DNA of 61,870 bases, the filler included, from Candidatus Tectimicrobiota bacterium (GTDB lineage: Bacteria > JACPSX01), in NCBI GenBank assembly GCA_016193065.1. It is 8 parts of 8 records of this genome, joined end to end, with 100 filler letters (N's around TTAATTAATTAA, not from the genome) between each part and the next. Parts side by side here need not be neighbours in the genome. Positions count along the whole stretch, not along the records: positions 50,167 to 56,070 come from JACPSX010000169.1; positions 56,171 to 58,804 come from JACPSX010000170.1; positions 58,905 to 61,870 come from JACPSX010000120.1; 5 more parts are not named here. One strand, written 5' to 3'. This document shows, in pieces, positions 53,175-61,870 of this stretch; position 1 is the first letter of the stretch; each line of letters starts with the position of its first letter. The notes below the pieces were generated by a model. It did no database searches. It saw only the letters and a list, made by a program, of their open reading frames with translations, and had not been told where the DNA came from. Made by a program: the position numbers and the translations under genes.

Positions 53175-54389
53175 CTACGGTCGCCCCCGAAGGATGACCA
53201 TCGGCTGTTCGATCTGACGCTGATACTGCCCGCGAAAGGCCTTGACCAGGACAGTTGACCCCGCGCTCTTGCTTGCTAGGAGTGCGGCGACGTGACCCGG
53301 GCCTTCAAGATCAATTCCGTCAATCGCCACGATCACGTCACCGGGATCCAAATCGATAGGGGGCAGGTCTGGATTCCGGGCAAAAGGTAAGACTACAGCG
53401 CCGCGACCGGGTCGGAGGCCGACTCGTTCGAGGGTCTGCTGGTCCGGAGAACCGAGAGGGACCCCGAGCCAGGGCCCGGTGGGGGGCACCGGTGCTGTGG
53501 GCGGACTGGCCTTTGCCAAAGGTTGAGTCGGGCTGGCAGGCACGCTGGGCGTGGGGGCGGATGCTTGCGCGGACGGTGAGGGTAACTGGGCTGGCGCACT
53601 GGGGGGCGTATGACCCTCGGGAGCGAGTGAGAAGCCAGTCAGCTCGGCGATAATCCACCCTTCGTTCATGTAATTAACCAGCTTCACATGGCGACGAACC
53701 TTTGGCGAGTACCAAGCTTCCGAAACTCGTGCACCAAAATCGGATGTGGAGAGCAGATAGAATGCTTCGAACTCGCCTGCTGGCACCCGGACGACCCCGT
53801 ACCCCTTCACCTCAAAGTTCGTGGAGGTGTTTATTTTTCCAGTCTGGGTCTCCATCTCCCCTTTGGACTGCCAAGTTTTTCCGACCTCCAATGGCCAAGC
53901 ATAGCTCTGCAAAGGCGGCGTATGGGTAGCCGTGATCTTATCCTTCTCCTGGACCTGAATTGTCTGCAAGTCCTCACTCAGGAGCAGTTTGTTTTCACCG
54001 AACTTGACCACATACGCCGTCAGGCCCTTAGCAAGTTCCTTCCCTATGACCTCTTGTCGGCTGGTGCCACTTCTAATCCCTGATAGCTGGTAGGTCCACA
54101 CGTAGCCAGTTTCCCATAGTGGGCGACCGACCTTGGACGGGCTGACCCCCATACGCTGCTCTACCTTCGGCGCTTCGGTCCTTTCGAAATCCTCCAGATC
54201 CACAAACCCGAGCGCTTTCTGTTGGTTCACGCATTCCAAATACGAGCCGACTGCGACCGTAGTGCCAATGACACCAAACCCGAATGACCCACATCGCACC
54301 TGCCTTCCCCGCGCACTGATCATGACTTTGGGAGGTGCGGCGCAGCCTATGAGAGTCAGGAGGATCAGAAGGGAGAGGATGGCCTTCAT
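53175..54389 (-). CDS. Lipoprotein with beta-rich middle domain, Pro-rich linker and C-terminal PDZ domain
   Basis: ATG 54389, lipobox LIGC; WPLEVGKTW...VRVPAGEFEA...WYSP; PWLGV...GDVIVAIDG. Confidence 0.75.
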   Translation of the reverse strand: MKAILSLLILLTLIGCAAPPKVMISARGRQVRCGSFGFGVIGTTVAVGSYLECVNQQKALGFVDLEDFERTEAPKVEQRMGVSPSKVGRPLWETGYVWTYQLSGIRSGTSRQEVIGKELAKGLTAYVVKFGENKLLLSEDLQTIQVQEKDKITATHTPPLQSYAWPLEVGKTWQSKGEMETQTGKINTSTNFEVKGYGVVRVPAGEFEAFYLLSTSDFGARVSEAWYSPKVRRHVKLVNYMNEGWIIAELTGFSLAPEGHTPPSAPAQLPSPSAQASAPTPSVPASPTQPLAKASPPTAPVPPTGPWLGVPLGSPDQQTLERVGLRPGRGAVVLPFARNPDLPPIDLDPGDVIVAIDGIDLEGPGHVAALLASKSAGSTVLVKAFRGQYQRQIEQPMVILRGRP

Positions 54390-54720
54390 GGAAGCCCCCT
54401 TTCTGTATGCCTGATCGTTGTGGGTATGAGAACCGGGGGCGAGGAAGTGGCCCCTGGATGCACCTCGGGGCGCGAAAGATAACCAAATGGCCAGCATGAC
54501 CCGCTGAACACGCCGGGGAGTAGGCCAGAGTCCCCTCGGGACACCGGGCGAGGGGGGGGCCGCTCGCCTTTGAGGCTAACCGAGACCGTTCTTGTGTGTC
54601 AACAGGGAAGCCATCCCCGGCCAGGGCCGCGGGAGGGCCTTTTCCCGTCGCGAACGCTAGGCCGGGGATGGGTGGTTAACCCGCCAGTTTCACTGAGACT
54701 CTACGATCCGAAAATTCCCC

Positions 54721-54749
54721 TTGACTTTTCCCGCCCAGAGTATGAAGCT
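54721..54749 (+). promoter_or_regulatory. Putative sigma70 promoter for the convergent ncRNA
   Basis: TTGACT at 54721 with an imperfect -10 region (TATGAAGCT). Confidence 0.35.
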
Positions 54750-54755
54750 TCCATT

Positions 54756-54873
54756 GTCGCCCCAACCAGGAGACACGGGAAACCGTGGTTTCGGGCGAGC
54801 CGACACGCGCAAGTCGGTCATTGCCTGGATGGGCCAGGGACCTGCGAAAGCAGCCCCTGGCCGCTTGTTTTTT
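54756..54873 (+). ncRNA. Candidate structured ncRNA (~115 nt) convergent to the BECR-like gene
   Basis: Nested stems with two GAAA tetraloops and a terminal hairpin followed by a T-tract. Confidence 0.5.
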
Positions 54874-55300
54874 ATGGCCAGATCCGCGGGTGGGTCCGGA
54901 TCTTCAAAATCGTACTCGTTCCGGCTGAGTATGCCGTGATGAAGTGCGACACCCCCTTGCGGTTAGGAGTCTGTATCACCACAGCAAAGTCCTCGCCCCA
55001 ACCGGACCCGGTAAGTAGGTAGACCTCCCGCCCCTTGACGTGGGCTTGTCGAATCTCCTCTGGCCTCTGAAGTGCCTCTAAGATCCACGGCATCCGCTCA
55101 GCCCGCTCAAGATCGAAATACTGTCCGTTTCTCCAGAACACATGGGCCCAGTTGTGGGCGGTAAAGATCACGCGCACCTGCGTGCCACCCCGGGAGGCGA
55201 ACACCTTCGCCCAGACGAAGTGCTTGAAGAAGTACGCCTTGAAATCATTCTCGCTCGTGAACCCAAGGACCTGCGGCGGCGGCCTGGTCATCCTGGGCAC
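54872..55300 (-). CDS. Small BECR-fold (PBECR/RelE-like) putative RNase
   Basis: 142 aa, GGGAGG RBS; H..F...ERAERMPWI.EAL..PEEI...F.VVI...FITAY pattern. Confidence 0.55.
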   Translation of the reverse strand: MPRMTRPPPQVLGFTSENDFKAYFFKHFVWAKVFASRGGTQVRVIFTAHNWAHVFWRNGQYFDLERAERMPWILEALQRPEEIRQAHVKGREVYLLTGSGWGEDFAVVIQTPNRKGVSHFITAYSAGTSTILKIRTHPRIWP

Positions 55301-55328
55301 CTGCCTCCCTACGTCTTCATACCTCCCA

Positions 55329-55381
55329 GAAAACAGCGAGGCCCCGGGTGCACGGCGGGCAGCCAGAACCCAGGGCCTCGC
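55329..55381 (-). terminator. Intrinsic terminator in the leader of the BECR-like gene
   Basis: 14-bp stem GCGAGGCCCUGGGU/ACCCGGGGCCUCGC followed by UGUUUUCU, upstream of the RBS. Confidence 0.6.
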
Positions 55382-55447
55382 GTACCGGCAGGCCGGAGCC
55401 TCCCGCCACCTTATGCCCTTGTGTGCCCGCCGTGCTTTCGTTGAGCC

Positions 55448-55477
55448 CTTCTACCTACAGCCTCTCGATTTTGTCAA
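55448..55477 (-). promoter_or_regulatory. Putative sigma70 promoter for the leader and BECR-like gene
   Basis: TTGACA-18 nt-TAGAAG. Confidence 0.45.
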
Positions 55478-55640
55478 GCTCGTTTCGTCCGTGGATGATT
55501 TGAAAAATTTGGGGAGGATGCCCGTGCGAGGGAGCCCCATCCCCTTCTGTTCCACCCCTCCGGGTGCTTCCGGGTTCCCCCCCCCTCCCTGACCGATTCA
55601 CGATCCCCGATCCGGGGCGATTGCAGGGTGGCCTCCGTTG

Positions 55641-55664
55641 CTGGTGTCAGTTCTGGTGTCAGTT
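55641..55664. repeat. 12-bp tandem direct repeat (possible integrase arm-binding sites)
   Basis: CTGGTGTCAGTT x2, about 105 bp from the tRNA 3' end. Confidence 0.5.
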
Positions 55665-55769
55665 GCATATGGTACAAGCTCGATTTCCAGCATACTCCAT
55701 CACAGTCGTCTGACCAAAAGAAAACCCGCGTAACTGCGCGTCACGCGGGCTATCTGGTTGGTTTCTCTA

Positions 55770-55845
55770 TGGTGGGCCCACCAGGATTCGAACCTGGGAC
55801 CGTCCGGTTATGAGCCGGTGGCTCTGACCACTGAGCTATGGGCCC
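55770..55845 (-). tRNA. tRNA with CAU anticodon, probably tRNA-Ile2 (lysidine)
   Basis: Cloverleaf GGGCCCATAGCTCAG...CTCATAA...GGGCCCACCA, downstream of rpoD; no initiator features. Confidence 0.9.
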
Positions 55846-55929
55846 ACGCCAGGCGAATGCACTTGCAAGGCCATCTCTTCACCGACTAACCGAAATGCCT
55901 CCAAGGCTTCTCGGCTCTCTCGTCTTCCG

Positions 55930-56070
55930 CTAGCCCTCCACGAAGCTCTTCAGCTTCTTGCTCCGGGTCGGGTGGCGCAGCTTCCGCAGGGCCTTGGCCT
56001 CGATCTGGCGGATTCGCTCGCGGGTGACGTCGAACTGCTGTCCGACCTCCTCCAGGGTGTGGTCGCAGCC
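55930..56070 (-). CDS. rpoD: Primary sigma factor, region 4 fragment
   Basis: [32 protein letters not shown]. Confidence 0.93.
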   Translation of the reverse strand, partial: GCDHTLEEVGQQFDVTRERIRQIEAKALRKLRHPTRSKKLKSFVEG

Positions 56071-56170
56071 NNNNNNNNNNNNNNNNNNNNNNNNNNNNNN
56101 NNNNNNNNNNNNNNTTAATTAATTAANNNNNNNNNNNNNNNNNNNNNNNNNNNNNNNNNNNNNNNNNNNN

Positions 56171-56234
56171 CCGGGTACCCGGTTCCCGGGTGCCGTCGTC
56201 CGTTCGTGGTGAGCCTGTCGAACCATGAACGGAC
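56171..56234. repeat. GGGTACCC palindrome plus a REP-like hairpin
   Basis: CCGGGTACCCGGTTCCCGGGTGC then GTCCGTTCGTGGT-11 nt-ACCATGAACGGAC. Confidence 0.6.
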
Positions 56235-56327
56235 TTATGACACAGTCTCTGAGGGGAGAGGGCACTCGATCAGGATGTAACAAATATAATTCGTTCGTAT
56301 AAGTTTCCACAGAATCCGGTTGCCGGT

Positions 56328-57476
56328 CTACGGCACCAGCGCTGCCTTGATGGGGTAGATTCCCGACACGTCGCCGCCCACGGCTCGAATGGCTTCCTCA
56401 GCTTGCTCCAGGGGATAAACATGGCTGATAATGCGAGCCAGCGGGTACTTTTCCGCCTTATGCTCGATGAAGCGGATTGCCCCCAGGACGGCTTCGCTCC
56501 CCTTGCTGAAAACTCCCTGCACGCGCACCTCGTTCCAGACCAGATGGTCAAGGAGCAAGGAGGTGCGTGTCTCTTTTCCCGTAAGCCCTCCCAGCACGAT
56601 GGTCCCCAGCTTGCGTACCATTCGCACCGAGGCTGCGATGGCCGCCGGGCTCCCCGTCACATCGAGCACCAGGTCGGCCATGGCTCCGCCGGTGATTTCG
56701 CGTACCCGCTCCACCACATCTTCATCCTCGGCCACAAGCACGTGGTCGGCCCCCAGGTCCAGCGCCAGAGCGAGCCGCTCCCGGTCGTGGCGCAGGCCGG
56801 TGACGATGATCGTTCCCGCTCCGCTGTCCCGGGCAATCACGACTGCCGCCAGGCCCTGCGCACCGGCCCCCTGGATCACCACCGTGGCTCCCAGGGCCAC
56901 TTCTCCCTTGATCCGGATCCACTGGACTCCGTTGGCCAGCACTCCTTTGGCCAGGACCGCGACGCGGTCGGGAATATGGGAAGGGATGCGGTGGACCACC
57001 GAGCCCGGAGCCAGGTACATGTAGTCGGCCATGGCTCCCCACAGGGAAGGGGGAACCGTGATGGGAGTGCCCGTGCCATAAGAGCGCTTGCTATGGCAGA
57101 AGCGGAACTGGCCGCTCAGGCAATAGAGGCAACTCCAGCACGGCACGGAGCCCTCCACGACGACACGATCCCCCGGGCGCACGCCGTAGCGGCGAGCGGC
57201 GCTTTCCCCGACTTCCGCAATTGTGCCGAGAATCTCATGACCCAGGACGAGGGGCAGAGGCGCCGCCAGTTTGCCGTGGTAAAGCTTGGCGTCCGTGCCG
57301 CATATTCCCGCCATCTCCACCTGCAACAGGGCCTCGTCTGGCCCGATGCGGGGCACTTCGAATTCGCGAATGGCGATCTTCCCGACTTCTTCCAAAACAG
57401 CGGCCCGCGCTTTCACGACCCCGCTCCTCTCGCGCAGGATGCACCTGCACCCCCGTGCCCTCGCGGCAAAGTGCAT
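56328..57476 (-). CDS. Zinc-binding medium-chain dehydrogenase (true start probably ~57419)
   Basis: GICGTD, LGHE, CWSCLYC...C, GAGAQG. Confidence 0.9.
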   Translation of the reverse strand: MHFAARARGCRCILRERSGVVKARAAVLEEVGKIAIREFEVPRIGPDEALLQVEMAGICGTDAKLYHGKLAAPLPLVLGHEILGTIAEVGESAARRYGVRPGDRVVVEGSVPCWSCLYCLSGQFRFCHSKRSYGTGTPITVPPSLWGAMADYMYLAPGSVVHRIPSHIPDRVAVLAKGVLANGVQWIRIKGEVALGATVVIQGAGAQGLAAVVIARDSGAGTIIVTGLRHDRERLALALDLGADHVLVAEDEDVVERVREITGGAMADLVLDVTGSPAAIAASVRMVRKLGTIVLGGLTGKETRTSLLLDHLVWNEVRVQGVFSKGSEAVLGAIRFIEHKAEKYPLARIISHVYPLEQAEEAIRAVGGDVSGIYPIKAALVP

Positions 57477-57582
57477 CCTACCATGTTGTCAAGCCTATAG
57501 GCGCCTTATAGCAGTCCCTTTTATCCTCTGTCTCAGCCTCCATCCACCCGGACGATCGGCCCTTCCGGGAAAAGGTATTACG

Positions 57583-58804
57583 TTAGTTAAACGCGTTTAA
57601 CTTTTTTCTGGCGGCCGTTGGAAAGCGCGAAAAATCAAGCGGGCTTTGAGCTTCTTTGATCGTGACGCTCTTCACCGTATGGGTGTAAATCATGGTGGTC
57701 CTCACATCGCTATGCCCCAGCAACTCCTGAATCGTCCGAATGTCATAATTCCCCTGAAGCAGATGGCTGGCAAAGCTGTGGCGAAACGTATGGGCGCTTG
57801 CCCGTTTGCAGATTTGCGCAGCGCTCACGGCCTGTTTAATTGCCTTCTGGACATTCGTTTCATGCAGATGGTACCGTCGGTATTCCCTAGTCTTGGTCTC
57901 AAGGGTCAGGTGTTTGGCAGGGAAAAACCACTGCCAGATAAATTCTTTGGCTGCATTTTTGTATTTTTGCTCGAGTGCGTTCACTAAAAACACGCCGCCA
58001 TATCCCCGATCCAGGTCACCTCGATGAAGGACTTTGAGGGACTCCAAATGTACCCGGAGTTCCTGAAGAATCGTCTGCGGAAGCGGAACCGTCCTGTCTT
58101 TCTGCCCCTTTCCGTCATGAACTGTCAAAAGGCCCGCATCGAAATTCAGGCATTGCACGCGAAGCCCCAGGCATTCAAAAAGCCTCAATCCGCAACCGTA
58201 TAGCAGTTTTACGATAAGGTCATAGGGAGGCTCCATATGCGCCAGGACGGCATCGATCTCCTCCCGGGATAAAACGACCGGGATATAGGGCTTCCTCTTC
58301 GCCCTGACCACACCGTCAACTTTTCCGAATTCCTTGCGCAAGACGTGGCGATAGAAGAAGAGGAGTGAGTTGAACGCCTGATTTTGGGTGCTTGCCGACA
58401 CCTTTCGTTTCACGGCCAAGAATGTCAGGAACGCCTTCACATCGTCCGTCGAGAGCTCGGCGGGGGCCTTGCTGCACGTAAACGTCTGAAATTGCTTCAC
58501 CCATCCCCGATACGTCCTGAGGGTTTTTGAAGAATAATGCCGGATGCGGATTTCATCCGTCAGTCGGGCGTATTCCGATCTCCAAGAAGCTCCCGTTTCC
58601 GGTCCTGCGCGGAAAGATCCGGGATCGATCAGGGCCGCCGGTTCGGGGCGAGTCATTTCCGGCAATCTCGATGGACTTGAGGCGTTTATGGTCTTTGGCG
58701 TGACGGACATCTTCTTTATCTCGGTGGAAGGGGAACTGACTGAAGGACCGGCGGGTTGAAGCGGAGCGGCAGTGACGAGTTTCCCCGATTCTCTCAATTG
58801 GAGC
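57583..58804 (-). CDS. intI: Integron integrase (IntI), N-terminus possibly beyond the contig edge
   Basis: SASTQNQA, LLYGCGLR, GKGQKDR, IntI-specific insert (VFLVNALEQKYKNAAKEFIWQWFFPA...RRYHLHE), HTFRHSFASHLL, IQELLGHSDVRTTMIYTH. Confidence 0.92.
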
Positions 58805-58904
58805 NNNNNNNNNNNNNNNNNNNNNNNNNNNNNNNNNNNNNNNNNNNNTTAATTAATTAANNNNNNNNNNNNNNNNNNNNNNNNNNNNNNNNNNNNNNNN
58901 NNNN

Positions 58905-59495
58905 GAGCCAGCGGCTGACGGCCAGGCTGGTGGCCAGAGCGAGGAAAAGTCCGGCCAGGGAAGCGCTGACGAGAATCCTGCGGATGCTGGCCAGAGTGCG
59001 ATCGACGTCCGTGAGGGGGACTGCCAGGCGCAGCCAGCCCTGGAAGACTCCGTTTCGCTGTAAGGGTTTTGCCGCGTAGATCATGGAGGTTTTGATTGTG
59101 TCACTGAAGCGGATGCTGCTCCCCAAGCCGGATCTCAGGGACTCGACAATCTCCGGACGATTCCGGTGGTTTTCCACCCGGGATAGGGCGGCCGGGTCCA
59201 GTTCCGAATCAGCGAGGACTTTGCCGGTGGGGTCGATGAGTGTCACGCGGAGCTGGAGGCGGCGGCCGTATTCGCCCACGATACGGGGCGCGACGGCCTC
59301 GGGGACCGGGCCGGGGAAGCGCTCCTGCATGATCCAGGCGAGTAGGTCGATCTCGCGCTCCAGAATTTGCAGCTTTTGATCCAGCAGAGAACGTCGCAGG
59401 TTGGGGTGAAGATAGAACTGCAGACCGACGAGGAGAAGGAGGATGATACCGGAATAGGCAGCGAAGATCTGCCATTGCAGCTTGGGAAGCTTCAC
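58905..59495 (-). CDS. PhoR-like sensor histidine kinase, N-terminal part
   Basis: TM - RVTLID..GKVLADS...ENHRNRPEI - TM; adjacent response regulator. Confidence 0.82.
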
Positions 59496-59499
59496 TTTC

Positions 59500-60180
59500 T
59501 CACTCCTCCAGAAAGCGGTAGCCCACGCCGCGGACGGTTTCAATGTGGCGGCCGCACGCCTTGAGTTTGGCTCTGAGCCGGCGGACGTGGGTGTCTACCG
59601 TGCGGGTGGCGCCGGGATACTCGTAGCCCCAGACCTGGTCCAGCAGGAGGTCCCGGGTGAATACCCGGCCGGGCCTGCCGGCCAGCGTGGCGAGAAGCTT
59701 GAATTCCGTGGCCGTCAGGTCAATGGTCCAGTCCCGCACCAGGACCCGATGCGCGCTGACATCGATGGTCAGGTCCCCTGCCCGGATGACGGCGGGAGAC
59801 TCGGCCGCCGGGGATAGGCGGCGCAGGACCGCGCGCACCCGGAGGATCAATTCCCGGGGGCTGAAGGGCTTGGTAATGTAGTCCTCGGCACCCAGTTCAA
59901 GGCCCACGATCCGATCGACCTCTTCGGCCTTGGCCGTGAGCATGATGATCGGGATATCGCGAGTCGTCTCGTCTCGTTGCAGAAACTTGCAAACCTCGGT
60001 CCCGTCCATCCCGGGCAGCATGAGATCCAGAAGGATGAGATCGGGGTGCTCCCGGCGGGCGATGTCCAGAGCTTTTTGCCCGTCCCCGGCACTGAGCACC
60101 CGAAATCCCGAGGTTTTCAGGTTATAGCTCACCAGGTCGGCGATGTCTTTCTCGTCCTCGATGACCAGAACCGTGCTCAC
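59500..60180 (-). CDS. OmpR/PhoB-family response regulator
   Basis: VIEDE, LLDLMLPG, KPFSPREL, RTVDTHVRRLR, ETVRGVGY. Confidence 0.93.
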   Translation of the reverse strand: MSTVLVIEDEKDIADLVSYNLKTSGFRVLSAGDGQKALDIARREHPDLILLDLMLPGMDGTEVCKFLQRDETTRDIPIIMLTAKAEEVDRIVGLELGAEDYITKPFSPRELILRVRAVLRRLSPAAESPAVIRAGDLTIDVSAHRVLVRDWTIDLTATEFKLLATLAGRPGRVFTRDLLLDQVWGYEYPGATRTVDTHVRRLRAKLKACGRHIETVRGVGYRFLEE

Positions 60181-60184
60181 CTGC

Positions 60185-61616
60185 TCAGTCCCCTTCCCAA
60201 CCGTTCCGGGAATTGGCGTGGGCTGCCTTCCCCCGCACCAGAGAGGCAAGAAGCCCCAGGACGGCAATCACCGTGCAGAATAGAAAGGCGTGCTGCAATC
60301 CCTGCACCATTGCTTCCCGGACGATCAAAGTGGTGGAGCTTTTCCGGTTGACCAGCAGGTTGATGAAACCTCCCTGGGGAAGGGCACTGGCGGTTATGGT
60401 GCTGATGGCGGCCAAACTCAAGGATTGGCCCACAATCCGGATCGTGCCCAGCGTGCCCGCCGCCACCCCGAGCTGGTCGCGCTTCACCGATCCCAGAATC
60501 GCGCTGTTGTTGGGAGACGCGAACAGACCCATCCCCGTTCCCATGAGCGCCATGGCCACCAGAATCTATCCGGTCGGAAAGCTTCCCGGCCAGCGGGGAG
60601 AGGACGGTCATGGCCAGGGGTTGCGGGATGAGCAGCATTCCGGTCCGGGATGGGTTGTAGTGAAGCACGCCTTGCAGGTACATGGACAGAAGGAAAGGAG
60701 CTCCGAAAATCGCCATGTAGTTCATCATGGCGGCGGTATTGGCGGCGCGAAACAGGCGATTCCGGGTGAAGAGGGATATCTCCAGCATGGGCTCTCCGGA
60801 CGTATGGCTCTCGAAGGAGATGAACGTTCCCAGGGCCAGAATGCTCAGCGCCAGCAGCAGTGCCACCCGCAGGGAAGACCATCCTGTGATCTGCACAAAC
60901 GTCAGAGCCAGAAGGAGCGAAATAAGGAAAACGGCGAAGAGCAACGCTCCCCCCCAGTCGAAAGAAAGCCCTTCCTGTCGCACGGGCAGGTCTGGCAGGC
61001 GAGTGCGGATCAGGTAGAAGGTGACCGCCCCGACCGCGACGTTGAGAAGAAAGATGGAGCGCCAGCCCCCCTGCTGGGTAAGAAAGCCGCCGAGTACGGG
61101 GCCGACCGAAAGGCCGAGGTAAAGGGACATGACATAGAGACCCAGCGCCTTGCCCCTTTCATGCTCCGGGAAGGATTCGGTTACAATGGCGGCGCTGTTG
61201 GACCACAGAAGCGCCCCGGCGATTCCCAGGCAGACCCGAAGGGCGATGAGCTGGGCGAGACTCTGGGAAAGACTTGAGAGCATGGAGGTAAGCGCGAAGA
61301 TTCCCACCCCGAGGGAGTAGAGGCTTTTTCGGCCTCTGATGTCCGCCAGCCGGCCGCAGAGAACCTGAAGGACGGCGGAGGGGACAAGGCTTGCCATGGG
61401 AATCCAGGAGAGTGTGGCAAGGCTGGCGTGCAGGTCCTCTCCGATCTTGGGTAGCGCCACGCTCAGCGCCGCCATGTCGTAGGGCCCCATGAAAGCCCCG
61501 ATGCAAGTTACCAGAAGGATGATCTTCTTCCGGAGGAAAACTTCCCTTTTCGGGCCGGATCCCGTTGCCGGGTCTGCCTCCGCCTGGCAGGATTCAAGAG
61601 AGGAGTGTTTAGCCAC
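60185..61616 (-). pseudogene. DHA2 (14-TM) MFS transporter with deletion and frameshift near 60562
   Basis: GRLADIRGRK, GPVLGGFL..WRSIF, LAGKLSDRI; C-terminus GLFASPNNSAILG...R.VGQ in ORF 60185..60559. Confidence 0.8.
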
Positions 61617-61827
61617 TCTTTTTAGCGTTCTGGTCCTTTTCCAGATCGTAACCGCAGCGGCAGATTCCGAAGGAAACTGTGGTGAAGAGAGTCTTCTTGG
61701 TCTTTTCCCGGTACTCCTGCTCCGTATGGTACTCAGTGCCGCAGCGCGGGCACTTCTTGTAGTAGGTGGGGTGACGGCTGGTAGGGGAATCCCCTGATGG
61801 AGACTTATAAGGAGACCAGCAGCGCAT
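61609..61827 (-). CDS. Small zinc-ribbon hypothetical protein
   Basis: KKCPRCG...ICRCGYDL; start uncertain. Confidence 0.4.
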   Translation of the reverse strand: MRCWSPYKSPSGDSPTSRHPTYYKKCPRCGTEYHTEQEYREKTKKTLFTTVSFGICRCGYDLEKDQNAKKSG

Positions 61828-61870
61828 CGGCTTTAAACCTCCAATAGACTTCCGGGCAATGATGTTTCTC

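Noticed and set aside
54831-54862. CAGG-10 nt-AGCAGC resembling SRP RNA helix 8
   Set aside because: The intervening 10 nt do not form the 3-bp stem with GNRA loop in the SRP register, and the alternative hairpin pairs better.

Overview
This window is not one continuous locus. It is eight GC-rich bacterial contig fragments joined by 100-nt artificial linkers (N-run/TTAATTAATTAA/N-run), typical of a concatenated metagenome-assembled genome. The gene content looks deltaproteobacteria-like or Nitrospinota/Tectomicrobia-like, but taxonomy is unverified. Most fragments are housekeeping: pilM-N-O-Q, aroB, accBC, rph-rdgB, tRNAs, rne/rng, moaA, class I cyaA, thrB, rsmI, a split NAD synthetase, the glycine cleavage operon, nfeD/SPFH and phoB/phoR-like genes. 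Three things stand out. (1) Contig 1 has a divergent, translationally coupled PafA-like/Dop-like (Pup ligase/deamidase family) pair with no visible Pup/UBact, ATPase or proteasome gene. It sits in a co-oriented catabolic cluster (LLM oxidoreductase, M29/NicX-like metalloenzyme, ABC transporter, UbiD). (2) A putative island at tRNA(CAU) next to rpoD carries a small BECR/PBECR-like nuclease gene flanked by a terminator/antiterminator leader RNA and a convergent, highly structured ~115-nt RNA. This is a candidate RNA-controlled toxin/defence module. (3) A GGGYACCC palindromic motif family is inserted in-frame into housekeeping proteins (RdgB, AroB, GcvPB). There is also an integron integrase and a decayed MNT-HEPN/HsdR defence cluster. 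Several genes carry internal deletions, which may be assembly artefacts. All calls come from motif reading only; no database searches were run.
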